Source of the DNA: Utricularia gibba | Taxonomy: Eukaryota; Plantae; Magnoliophyta | Reading direction: 5' to 3' | DNA length: 64,000 nucleotides | NCBI GenBank assembly: GCA_002189035.1 | Contig: NEEC01000031.1 | Location: forward strand, 62,001 to 126,000 | In this document: piece after piece, positions 52,019-64,000 of the stretch | How positions within the stretch are numbered: position 1 is the stretch's first letter | How the letters are laid out: each line of letters begins with the position of its first letter | Made by a program: the position numbers and the translations under genes | The notes under the pieces: generated by a model | Databases searched by the model: none | Told to the model about the DNA's origin: nothing | Seen by the model: the letters and a program-made list of their open reading frames with translations, nothing else

Positions 52019-52886
52019 AAGTTTTCACTCATTAGAAGCACGAATCAATCTATTATTAGCACGTTGTGTGTCTGAAAGCTTTGTATGTCTTAAATTCCCC
52101 CACCCCTCAATACTAAAATTACACACCACAGGGATTATTGTGTGGTCCCCGCCACAATTCCCCTAAGTTTCCCAAAAACACCCACAACGGTCGAAACCGC
52201 ACCTGCCAATTAAGAAAATAATTAAATGGTAATTGCTTTATTTATTTATTGTTAATTATAGGATCATTTAGAAAAATATCCACCTTCATATTTTCACATA
52301 TATTTAATAAAAAATGCATCACTTTTTTCATAAGTCAAATTTCTAATTCATCCCTATAAACATGTTTGTCATACCATCCCATCACATCTTCTTCACATGC
52401 GATCACATGTTTTTTTTGTGTTGAAAATAAGTAAATTTATTTGTGGGTGGCATGTGATGGTGCATGGGACCAATGGCGTAATGCAGTGTAATGGTCATGA
52501 ATGCGCCACCACTCAGAGCTTTTTTCTGGGTTGGGACACAGGGGTTCACCCCGCAGTAAACTGCTGATAATTTTGTTATTATTACGCCCTGTCTAGTAAC
52601 TCCTGTCATAAATGTACAGGCAAGTTTATTTACGTTGTATTTGATAATAAAATTTTGTTTAGAAAGATAAGCAGATGCACTGAATTACAGGGAGAGAATA
52701 CAGACAGCATACAGCAGAAGGAACTCCAAGGCCACACACCACAAGAGTTTCAACAGCACAAATCATAAATACCAACCAATCATAGAAACTGCCTTGGTAA
52801 TGGGAGTTTTAACAGGGACGAGTGCAAGGCACGTATCAGTACAGGCAAATTCTTTATACTGATGCAAGGAGGTGATCTTGGAATGT

Positions 52887-53402
52887 TTAAATCTTGTCCA
52901 GCTTGTCTGCCTTGACCACTGGGTTGGCCTTGGCAATGGCTTCCTGGCCTGCAGAGCGATAATCGAAGGGGCAATCGTGTTTGTCAGAGTAGCGATGAGT
53001 GGAGCAGAAGATGCTGCCACAGCGACAGGTGAAGCCAGTGAGGCCTACACGCTTCTTGCAAGAGCCACACCTTTTTGGGCCTTCTTTAACTTCCTTAGCT
53101 TCCTGCAGATGCAATGCAGCAGAGGGTTGTGGTGATGATGCTACCTTGGTGTCGATAATCACACTTTGTGTGGCTGAAGTCATTGTAGCAACATCAGAAT
53201 CCGTTCCAGATGTACTGGAAGCCCCGTTCACAATGCTCTGGATGGATGATGCGGCAAACTTGACCTGCTCCTCCTTTAGTACAAGGTCTTTGTAGCATTT
53301 GGAGCACATGTTCATGGTGGCTGCTGTTCCAAAGAATCCACAGTTGTTGACACAGAGGATAGGGGCCTGAGGAGCTTGGCAGCCGGTCTCGTTTTGTTCC
53401 AT
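52887..53402 (-). CDS. SAP: A20/AN1 zinc-finger stress-associated protein (171 aa)
   Basis: [15 protein letters not shown] (A20) and [32 protein letters not shown] (AN1), ending [13 protein letters not shown] 5'-UTR intron of about 53409-53968 is likely. Confidence 0.97.
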   Translation of the reverse strand: MEQNETGCQAPQAPILCVNNCGFFGTAATMNMCSKCYKDLVLKEEQVKFAASSIQSIVNGASSTSGTDSDVATMTSATQSVIIDTKVASSPQPSAALHLQEAKEVKEGPKRCGSCKKRVGLTGFTCRCGSIFCSTHRYSDKHDCPFDYRSAGQEAIAKANPVVKADKLDKI

Positions 53403-54550
53403 TTTCAACTGTTGCTATAATCACACAGAGCACACTGTTTGCAAATCTACTCATTTCTTACGGCAATAAATATGCAGAGATCAACAAATTTGTGTTCGGA
53501 AAGGAGTTAACAAACCAAGATATATTATTAGCAACACGCCACAAAGCAAGTTTCAGATGAATATGAAAAAAAAAACTTGCCTTTTTTCTTCTGGAAACAG
53601 ACTCAGCAGCCAACGACCTCCGTTTCAATGTATCTGAAAAGTTACACGTCCCACTCAATGGTAGTAATTCAGAATGAAAAAGGTAGAAAAACTACACGCC
53701 AAGATCTACATTCAATCAATACCAAAAATTATCTCGTAAAATATTAAAAAGTATGATTTTCATCGCACCCTTTTTTCCCAACTCCAGCAGAATATCCAAA
53801 ACCCAACAGGCACCCCCATAATACGAAAATTACTTTAGAACTTGAAGTTGCCTCTCGCGATCAAACCCAATTAAACATACGCAAAGCAAGGAAACCGGAT
53901 GACAAGAACAGATAATGATAAGAAAACAACCTCGCCACAAGAAAAGGGGCTCTTGAGATTGAACTCACCCTTTGGAGCTAAAAAGCGATATCTGAATCAG
54001 CTTTTCGGCTCCTTTATCCCCTGACGAATCAAGTCCCGCAGCTGGATCGCTGAAACACCATATAAACATAAGAAGAAACTGTAAACAAAGAATCATATGA
54101 TTCCCATATGTGAAATAAAACACAAACAAAAAACGTAAAGATTTACACGAAGAAAGAGATCGCGATTGAGAAACCCTAGAAGCAAAGAAATTGAGTTTAT
54201 GATGAAGATTGAAAGGAGAAAAAAAAGGTTGTTATCGTATGTGGTGAGGCCCAGCTAAGCCTCAGGAAGAATTCAATTACTAGCCGTTAAAAAAAGTTAA
54301 TATTTTCATACTGAATATTTAATAATGGCCCCAAAGTTATTAAGAAAATTAAAAAAATGATGTCGAAACTCATAATTTTATAACTTCATGCACCACAATT
54401 ACAATTATTGAACATTTTGGGGCCAACACGAAATATATGTGGGCTCGCCTCAAAGATCCATAATCCATTTTCTTTTTCTATCGACATCCATTTACACCAC
54501 TAAAATTAGGGTTTTAAGAAACCCCCAAATCATTTACAGGCAGCACGGTC

Positions 54551-57500
54551 TCATCTTCTCTGGAAGACGAGGAACTTAATACCAAGAGCGAAGACGACGC
54601 AGAAAAAGATAGCCCATGCAACGTGAGCAAGCGCGACGAAACCCAAGAAGCTGTAATCAAATCCCAGGTAGTAGTGGAGAAGATCCTTTAATGGTATGTT
54701 GCCGTAGCCAGGAACTTCAATTGTGCCGCCACTGTCACCCACTTGAGATGTGATCAAGCCATATATTGTCCATGAAGCTGGATTAGCCCAATAATACCAT
54801 CTCCACCAGATCGGAATTTGCTGCAGGTTTCAGTAATGTACAAGTAAGTTCGTGTTATTTAAATTGTTACAGAAATGTAGTTTATTTAGTTTACTTACTG
54901 GTCTTGGTATAAGAAATCCGGAGAAGAGATTCCAAAAGCTGAGAATGAATGTCATGACCACGGCAGCAATGTGGCAATTTGGGGTGAGCGCTACTAGCAT
55001 CATTCCGTATGCAGTGAAATAGAGGAAGCACATGAAAACGTAGAAGTAGAAGTTGAAGAATTTATCCACCCGCAGTTCGAATCCCATCATCGTGTAAAGG
55101 AGAAAGCTGTAGATGAATGTCTGCACTCCTGTGTAAATGGTCTCAATGGCAACCTGCGGAGTGTGCGATGTTAAGAGTGTGCATGGTATCTTGAATTAAG
55201 GAATTGTAGATGTAATCTTTATTGTTTTTTTTTTTACCTGGGCAAATGCATATGGTAAAGCTGAGTACATCCCAGCAGCTTTTTCACGGTAAAAAGCTGT
55301 TCTTTCGATTTCCACTACTGATTGCACAGCATAAGTGTTCATCCCCCCTAGGAAATTAACTGCTGCGTACATGGCTCCGATGACGTTCATCAGATCTTGT
55401 AGTTTATGTCTGTAGAATCATTGGACAATATGAGAAGATGAGTTGATGTTATGATTGAATGGAGCGCTGGTCACTTACATTTTGTCTCCTCTTTTCCAGA
55501 ATGTGACTCCAAAAACAAGACCAATAATCGTTGTCAAGAAGAAACGCACAACGTTGTACTGTGGATTTCTCCAGTAGGATAAGTTTTGTTTCCAGAAGCA
55601 AGCTCTGCATTGAGAAAGAAAGGATTGGGCGTATTGACTTGCAAAATGTAGATCCTGTGACCCTGTTGCAGGAGTGCTGAGTTGCTTGATCAATTCTTGG
55701 TTTTTCCTGTTTGAAAGGATACACAATGTCAGTAATTCAACAGGGGGAGCAAAACTTTTGAAAAGCAGTTGTTAAGTGTTTTCTTCACCTGTAAAGATCA
55801 GAATTTGCATAAATTTCTGCATAATCAATGCCAAGTTGTTCTTCCATTGCGGGTGTACTGATATCGAGCATCCACGTAGAAGGATTGGCGCCCTTTTCGA
55901 TCCTAGGTATCCCCGTCACTGACTGCATGAGCATAAGCGCTTTTAATATCACACTCAGTTATGCATACAAGCCACCTTATGTTTCACTTATAAAAGACTC
56001 ACTTGGAAGTAGTCTATCAGCTGGCGAGAGTTATGTCCTAGGGGCCCTGCATAGATCATTCGCCCCCTCGTTTCAAGAGCAGAAGCTACAGTTTGACAAC
56101 AATGAGTATCTACATTCATCATCTACTTAGAGAGTGGAAAATCCAGTATCTACCTCATCAAATGCTTCAAAGATGTCTATACTTGGTTGATGAATTGTGC
56201 ACACAACAGTTCGTCCTGTGTCGACTGTGTTACGAACTGTTCGCATGACGATTGCAGCGGCTCTGGCATCAAGGCCGGATGTGGGTTCATCCATGAAAAT
56301 TATGGATGGATTGGCTACAAGCTCCACAGCTATGGTCAGTCTCTTTCTCTGTTCGATTGACAAGCCATTCACCCCTGGAAGTCCAACCACAGAATTCCTC
56401 AATGGTTGCAACTCAATCAGCTTCATCACTTCCTCCACGAACATCTTCAAATCATCAGCAAATTTCAGTAAATGAGCCAATACACATCATCTCTTAATGC
56501 ACAGCAGCACTTACCCTTCTTGATTCCTTGTTTATTTCAGGTGAAAGGCGTAGCCAAGCAGAGTAGACAATCGACTCATAGACGGTAACATGTGGAGAGT
56601 GGATATCTGTCTGTTCACAATATCCACTGATACGAGCAAAAGTTGTTTGATTCTTTGGGAAACCAGATATACTGATGCTGCCCTCGATGTATCCACCAGT
56701 TTTTCTTCCGGCTAAGACATCCATTAAAGTAGTCTTTCCAGCACCACTCACTCCAACCAAAGATGTTAGAATTCCAGGTCTGAATACTCCACTCACATCT
56801 CTCAGTAGCTGCAGCCTGTTCTCTTGCACCCCTTTCTTCTTCATTTCCTGTAGATGCAGAATCAAGCATGTCTTATGTTTCGTAGATCCTTTCATCAAAA
56901 AAATGAAAAGTTGAACTTCACTTACAATCGGGATATCGACATAATAACTGACGTGGTTAAACACCAATGACAACGGAGTAAATGGAAGCACCATTCCCTT
57001 CTTTGTACAACAAGACATTTCCTCATCTGCAAAGTTTACACCATCTTCATCATCAACATTCAGTGTTTGAAGTAATTTGGATATGCTCCCATAAGTCATA
57101 CCTTCAACTGCACAAACTTTGAAGTTCACTATTTCTGTCGGAGTAGGCACAACAATTTTCTTTTCGAGCTTGCTTTCCTTGTCCACAGCTGTCGACTTTG
57201 TAGTTCCAAAAGCTACATATGTAGGAGTGTGAACACATGTATAGAGAAAAAAGAAAACCAAATAAAACTTACGATTCAAGTATGTCAATGCGATGACGAA
57301 GCCAATGTTGAAGACAATGGAGAATGCAAATAATGCTGCAACACAAACCCAGTACATGTATTCCTCTGTGAACATGCCTCTCATTCTCAAGAGAGCTTTT
57401 CCTATGGTTGGTTCCGAGAGCCTTGGATCTGTATTCGGCTGCGACAAAAATCCAAGGCCACTTTTAGTGAATGATGAACTAAAGGTTGAATGTTTAAGCT

Positions 57501-60346
57501 AGGAATCATCATACAGCGCTCCATCTTTTGTCGAGGAACTCATTGATGGATATTGCATTCTGACCATATGTCATTGGAGAAAGGTAGTACCCCCAAAGCA
57601 TCCATGCATCAATGTCATCTGAAAACAGGGAGTATATGTAAAGTAAATATAGAGATATTGAAAACCACATTACTAATTTGAATAAGGGAGTTAGAGAGTA
57701 ACCTTTTGATATAATAAAACCACCAAGAACAAAGACTATTAGCAAAGTGAAGGTGGAGAGTGCAAAGGACACGATAATTGTTCTTCCAATTGCAGAGAGA
57801 AGTCTAAATAGTGATAGAGCCATTTGATGTAGTGCGAAAAATGCCAAAAACTGACGAAGGAACCTGAAAAGCAAATCCACAACCATGTTTCAGTTCAACA
57901 GAATGGTAGAAATTTGCAAAAGATCATGTGTTACAACATCAATACCTGCCAGGATCCGGAGCGAATCCTATTGTATAATAAGTAAGAACCATCCATATGA
58001 ATGATTCTATAAAGGAAATGGGAATCCTGAGAAGGCAGATTGGTAGAGAAAATGCCCAAGCTGGAAAGAACAAAGCATCCCTCTGTTTGAAGAACACAGG
58101 AAGCCTAAGAACTGTCAAGCCGAGCTCAGTTGTTCCATTAAACATCAAAGTGATGAGGCTGAAAAACAGGGCACCATAGAATTTCCCACCATCTTCTAAT
58201 CTTCCAACTTTCATTTTACTTCTGAAGAAGACTGAGAATGTGATTATGGACATTACAGTAACCTGAAAGATCTTAAATATATAAACGATGGAGTTGCGTT
58301 TCATCAATAGGTATTCCCTTGATAAGCATGCCATAAACAACTCCATGTTAGATATCCCATATTTTTCAGTAACCAAAGCAGCTGGGTGAGCTTTGTTTTT
58401 GTCGTATGGCACTGCAAGCTCATCAAAAAGTGTGTGTCCAACATTGGAGGAGCTGAAGTGATCCGCAAAATCAGATACTGATACGTAGCTGTAAGGTTTC
58501 TCCTTTCTAGACCAGTACTGCTCTTGGTCTTTAACTGAAATTACTTCTTGCAAAAAATCTGTGACTCCTTTTCTGTCGGGACACATGAATCCAGCACTCT
58601 TGAAAAACGGGAGAATGTTCTCACGAGGACCATGATACACAACATTCCCCTCGGAAATCAAGATAATATCATGGAAAAGCTCAAATAGTTCTGGAGCAGG
58701 TTGCAGAAGCGAGATGACCATCGTCATATCCATGATATGAACCATCTGTCTCATGTACTTGATAATTTGAAAGGTAGTTGAACTATCAAGACCAGTTGAT
58801 ATATCATCCATGCAGAAAACCTTCGCAGGCCCAACCAGCATTTCACCTAAGCCATCCAAAAGGAGAAAAATGATTCAAAAACTAAGCCGTAATATACTAT
58901 ATTAATATGCCAATTTCATTCACATACCAGTTGTGAGCCGCTTCTTTTGGCCACCGGAGATACCTCGTCGCATCTCATCTCCCACAAGAATATCACCACA
59001 TATGTCTAGTCCAAGATGCTGCACTCAAACCAAGTTCATTAGTATTGTATATTTTTTTGAATTTCTTTGCTTTGAAACAAGTATACAAATGCATACCTTA
59101 AGAGTGTGGTCTATTATCACACCAAAGTCTCGACCATCTTCTGCTATGGCTGATGAGAATGCTTCAATCTCTGGGTCATGTTCGATCCCTGCCTCCTTCT
59201 CCCTCCTCAGCAATTCCTTGAGGATTTTGTATTGGCTACCAACTCCTAAGCATCTTGCTGAGAAGTTCAGTGTCTCCCTTACTGTCATCTCCCCATGGTG
59301 AAGATCATACTGACTGATATAGGAGCATGCCTTCTGAGGAATGAACTCTGAAAACTCATGGCCGCAATAGGTGACTCTCCCACTCACCTAACAACATAAT
59401 AACAAGATACTTATTATTTCCGTCAACACTGTGATTAGCATCCAAACACTGAACCAACACACACCCTGAGATCTTCCTCCAATTTTCCAGCAAGTGCCTT
59501 GAGAAATACGGACTTCCCAGCTCCGGGAGGGCCAAGAAGCAATGTAAGCCTTCAAAATATTCGTAAAAAAAGTTAATAAATGACCATCATCCCTCGCATA
59601 AAAACACAGAGGGCATTTACCTGGAAGGCTTTATGATCCCACTAACATTGTTGAGAATTCTAACACATCTTTTTCTTGATGGAAGAATCCTAAGTTTCTC
59701 AAACACCCCCTGAAGAATCAAAATGTAGTGGACGGTTAGAATCGAAAAGCAGAAGTTTGAGGATCATATGAAATTACCTCTACAACGTTCAATGCAGAAT
59801 TTGACAGAGTGGGGAGCACCCTTGATCCTAAATCTGCATCTCCTTCAACCGTCAGATGCTCATAACGGACCTCCACTTTTGGTATATGAATCCCAACTCT
59901 ACTCCATAAACACAGAGCCACACGCACAATCATATTTATTCTTTATTCTTTATGGAATAGAAAAATAATTTAGTTATTTATTTTATCAAAGTAACGGTAT
60001 ACCTTTGAGCCCTGTCTCTCAGTACTCTGAGAAACCTCCCATTGTCATCTTCGCATATTTTATTCGAACTTTCCTGAAACTCCCGCTTCGCCTGGATCCC
60101 GATTCCGGCAAAATCCGCTCCTCTCTCCTCCGCATTTGTAGCGCTGAACGTCGGCAGCCGCTCGATAGCCGCCAAAATCAACTCATCCTGCTCGTCTTCG
60201 CACAGCTTCCCGTTCCTTTGAAAAACATCTCGGCCGGATAATCCGAACGCGGACGACAAGTTCCGGGAGCTGATCGACGAAAAACTGACTCTCAGGCTGG
60301 TAGAGCGGCGGCTGAGGGAGCTCGCTGACGGCTCATTAGCGGTCAT
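54551..60346 (-). CDS. ABCG: Full-size ABCG (PDR) transporter, ABCG34/39-like; apparent -1 frameshift at 56063-56067
   Basis: NBD1 [30 protein letters not shown]; NBD2 [27 protein letters not shown]; two TMDs ending FLVFQRR*. One extra G restores [17 protein letters not shown]. Confidence 0.94.
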
Positions 60347-62453
60347 CTTGAGATGCACCAACGACGAAAAGGTAAAGCTAAGACAAAGTTGTTTGGGAGA
60401 GCATGCACTGCACTAGTAGTATGAGGAATACAGGAAGCTATCTCCTATATATAGCACTTGTGCAAGGCTTCCACCGAAATAAAATAATAATAATAATAAA
60501 TTTAAATTCAGTTGCATGGAGTATAGTAGTAGTTGGCTAAAGGGAGGAGGAGGAGGTCATTTTCAGAACACAATGCAGTTGAAATGTGTTCCACCGGAAG
60601 CCCCTACATGGAGATACCTTGAATCTGCGGCTAGAAACTGGAACATAAACACGACAAACTATTTCTACCTTTCTCTGTTTTTGTGATACATGGCAGGCAT
60701 AAACAATTCGTGATGAGGGTGAAGGTGGCCCATGGAGACCAACATGATCTTAAATGCAGACGCGGGGTGTGGTCATGGGCAGCGGATTCAGAAGAAGAAC
60801 AGAAAGGGGGCAGTTGGAAGCTTTAAAGTTTCTGTGCACTTGGGAAAGAGTAGTAAAGTGTAAGATATCATGAGCGCCACCGGTATGGGATCCGGAATAG
60901 TTGAGAAGATAGAAACCGAGTGAATCAAGTAACTGTTGCAGAATGTTATTGCAAAAATGTACCATTCAACTCTGGAAAAGGATGATTATGATACGAGTGA
61001 TTTGTGCTGTAAACTCAACTAAGGTTTTTGGTTGGGGTGGGGGGCATTAACGTCTAGTGTGTTGGCAAAAGAGATAAAAAAAACAGGGAAACAAGACTCG
61101 GTCAAGGAGGATTACCCCCACTCACAGACCGTCTGCAGACGCTGCATGTGAAGTATTACAACTTTTGATTCTTGCAACTTGACACACCAAGGGCTTGGGC
61201 TGTCTTGAATGCTGTCCCATGCGTGGTGGGTGCATGAGGGACGAGTATGGATTAGATAAATATTTACTACATAATGAATGAGTCGCGTTAGTCAATGGAT
61301 GGGAAAAGAAGGGCCTTTGCAGAATGGGCAAAACAGAGTGCCTTCCTAGAAGAGTATGCTCATATAAATTTGCATGACAGGTACAGCTCTTACAGGTTCT
61401 CGAAGCTATTGAACCGATGCAGATGGACGGTTTCCAAAATCATGACAAACCATTCATTCAGGTCAAGAATTGGGGTTTCTTTCATACTCAGTAGAAATAA
61501 ACAGGACATGAAATGCATCAGGTGGCCTGGGACATCTTTCCGTTACCACTACTTGGAAAGTTGACGAGTCGGATACCGACCCATTAAAAAACTGGAGACC
61601 CTCATGGGAGAACATGGAAACGCTGTGGACACGGCTTGCAATATTAGGACACCTGTCCTCTAGAACTCAATACGCCCTTCGTGCAGATAACTATTCAATC
61701 ACCGCTGGTAATAGAAACTCATTTATTAGTACTTCAACGGCGACAGGTTCCTTATCCGACCGACATCCGAAGGCCACGTAGCGCGAACAAAGTAAAGACG
61801 ATGGGAGCAAGACAGCGCTGCCGGCGATTATTTATATTCGGAGAGGGGGTCGTGAACGATTTCAGGTATGGGGGAGGAGAACGTATGTAATGCCCGCAGA
61901 TCTGAACATGGGGCATTTGTACTTCCATTTTCGTTCCATGTGGCAAGCAGAGCAATGGAGTTGAATGATTCAAAAGCAAGCATGCTGTTTTCAACAAGGT
62001 AAAGAATGGCGAAGTGCAGTGTACCCAATAAATTGAAGCTTATCCCTTTGTGATACTGGGTGTGAAATGAAAGTTCAAAGGTGGTAAGGTGCGTTGTACA
62101 GATAAAAACCCAGGCTGGTTTTTAATTCCTATGGTCGACAGATTTTCAGTGAATCACAGTGGACTCTTATAGGGTCCATAAAACTACTAGACATTGACAT
62201 AGATAGTGTTGTAAATCAAATCCAAAAAATGAAAAACGATCAAAACCTCAACCACGTAATACATTATTCTAAAGAATTTATCGATCTCATGGTTAACAGC
62301 CTCTTCGAAAATATGATCTCTGATTTCCATTTTAGAAATCATCAATTGAATATATATGAGAAATGTGTAATCTCTACATCTTCTCAAATAGAAGAATTTT
62401 CGACAGATCCAATGATCCCCATTACCAACATGCAAATGATTGATTATACAAAT

Positions 62454-62639
62454 CTAATGCATGCAGAGGGCAAACATGGAGAATAAGTAGGCTCCGATGA
62501 ATGACAAGGAGGCTGGCAGGGCGGTCGTAGCGGCGCTCGCCGGAGCGGGGGCCGGTGCGGGTGCCGCCTCCTGAGCAGCCACAGCGCTCACGACCGCGGA
62601 TGCGAAGACGGCGAAGATGACGATCTTCTTCGTGTCCAT
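62454..62639 (-). CDS. Arabinogalactan peptide (AG-peptide), AGP23-like, 61 aa
   Basis: MDTKKIVIFAVFASAVVSAVAA (signal) QEAAPAPAPAPAS (Ala-Pro glycomodule) AATTALPASLSFIGAYLFSMFALCMH (GPI-type hydrophobic tail). Confidence 0.88.
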   Translation of the reverse strand: MDTKKIVIFAVFASAVVSAVAAQEAAPAPAPAPASAATTALPASLSFIGAYLFSMFALCMH

Positions 62640-64000
62640 TGCGATCGCTGTGCAGGATCTAATGTTGCTGCGATTGGAGCTGTTTGTAGCCTCTTTTTTT
62701 CCTATTTTTAGGAAATCATTTCGACAAATGTCAACGGTCCATTTTTGACACGTCCTATTTTGGGCAGCATTGAGCGTCCATTTCGGGACATGGTGCCACT
62801 GCTTGTCCGAGGGGCGATGGTGATTGGGCCCCAAGAAGAGAGTCTTGGGCCATATGTATGTATACTCTTCTGGGTCAAGGCCCATAATCTCTGTAAAAAC
62901 ACAGTTGCCAGCGCGTGTCCGGAGAGACCAGCCCAATTAAAGTTGTCCAGATGGTCTAGTTTTGGGCCCCCAAATGGAAGCTACTAGAAGTTACTAGAGG
63001 TTAAACTTGGAAGTGATGGGTTTGAATTCTGGGGTGGGGTTGTGGAGATAATGTGAATTGTTAAATGGTATGGATGAGGGGTATGAGTAGGGGGGGCCAA
63101 ACAAGACATGAGGGTGAGCAGACAAGTAAACATCAAGTGCTACGAGCATCAGATGAGTGATGCATCTAAGTACACGAAAGCTGGTGAAGCCCACTTATTA
63201 GTAAATGCCCAAATGGATCCTTTTCCACGGTCTGCATTCATCACACTTACCAGCAATATTGGGCACTTGAACAGAGAGTGGCACACAGAAACAAGAAAAA
63301 AAAAAAAACTAAAACCAGCAGCAGCCAAGCAGATGATGACTCATTTCTTCCTCAGAACAGGTACAGTGTCCTCCAAGGCTTTGGTGTCTTTCCTCTCACG
63401 CCCTTCTCTTAGTTTGATTACAAAGGTTATTACAGTAACCAACAGTCCAGGAAAGACAACTATAACGATAGTTACAATAAAAAAAAAAAAAAAAACAGAA
63501 GAAAGAAAGAAAGAAAGTAGGGAAGGAAATCATAAGCCACCACTGTGGAATGAAACCATGTGCTTTTGGCAGAAGGGAAAAATCTGAAGGCCTTGTGCTC
63601 ATTGACAGCACGCAGCAGCATGGATCATGGCAACACAATCATGTGCGCACTCAGTGCAGGCATGAACAGGAACGAGAACAAGAAAAATTAAACATGTACT
63701 GCCACAAGGATGGGGCCCTGCTGGTAAGTTCAGTGAGCCATGAGGCTGAAACAACAACAACAACGCGACATATACAGCACTATGTTTGCCATGCGATCAT
63801 CTCCAGCGCTCTTATTAACTTTGGCGTTATGATTTAACTGGTGTGGACTGTGGAGGAAGTGGGGTTACCTTAGTCTGTGATCGGAAAGGTAGATAGATAG
63901 ATAGATCTCTTCGTCTTCGTTAGTATAAAACATGGGAATGGGGTCTGTGCGGGGGAGATCGAACATGTACAAGGTTCCCTCCAAAACTAGGCGAGGCCCG

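Noticed and set aside
13002-56067. Programmed ribosomal frameshifting or mass pseudogenisation as the cause of the broken frames
   Set aside because: No shared slippery heptamer. The lesions are uniform single C/G losses in unrelated genes on both strands, so consensus error is far simpler.
60750-62200. Several 60-90 aa ORFs upstream of ABCG
   Set aside because: No motifs, no paralogy and no splice-consistent model.
1-64000. rRNA, tRNA, snoRNA or CRISPR arrays
   Set aside because: No supporting sequence or repeat-spacer structure was seen in this eukaryotic nuclear region.

Overview
Gene-dense plant (probably eudicot) nuclear window with mostly short introns (down to 65-70 nt). It holds 17 recognisable protein-coding loci: four tandem neprosin (DUF239) glutamic prolyl-endopeptidase genes, a PP2A catalytic subunit, a zinc-ribbon/RING-H2 E3 ligase, a B3 protein, a 42-exon callose synthase, an HD-Zip II, an EMSY-like protein, an MCTP, an FBH-type bHLH, argininosuccinate synthase, a DRT100-like LRR protein, an A20/AN1 SAP, a full-size ABCG/PDR transporter and an AGP23-like peptide. 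Three things stand out. (1) A cluster of four related microprotein genes at 34.3-37.2 kb (three intact at 54-59 aa, one degenerate). None is a separate entry in the ORF track. They share an N-terminal hydrophobic/Cys segment and a fixed-length C-terminal IVVxxFP-x5-PxL motif. (2) A 457-bp solo LTR (TG...CA, 5-bp TSD GACAC) inserted five codons before the stop of neprosin copy 2. (3) Eight firm apparent 1-nt deletions, all at C/G positions and seven in runs of 2-5, break otherwise conserved genes including argininosuccinate synthase. These are most likely consensus errors rather than pseudogenes. All family assignments come from manual motif recognition; no database search was run. No rRNA, tRNA or CRISPR array was found.
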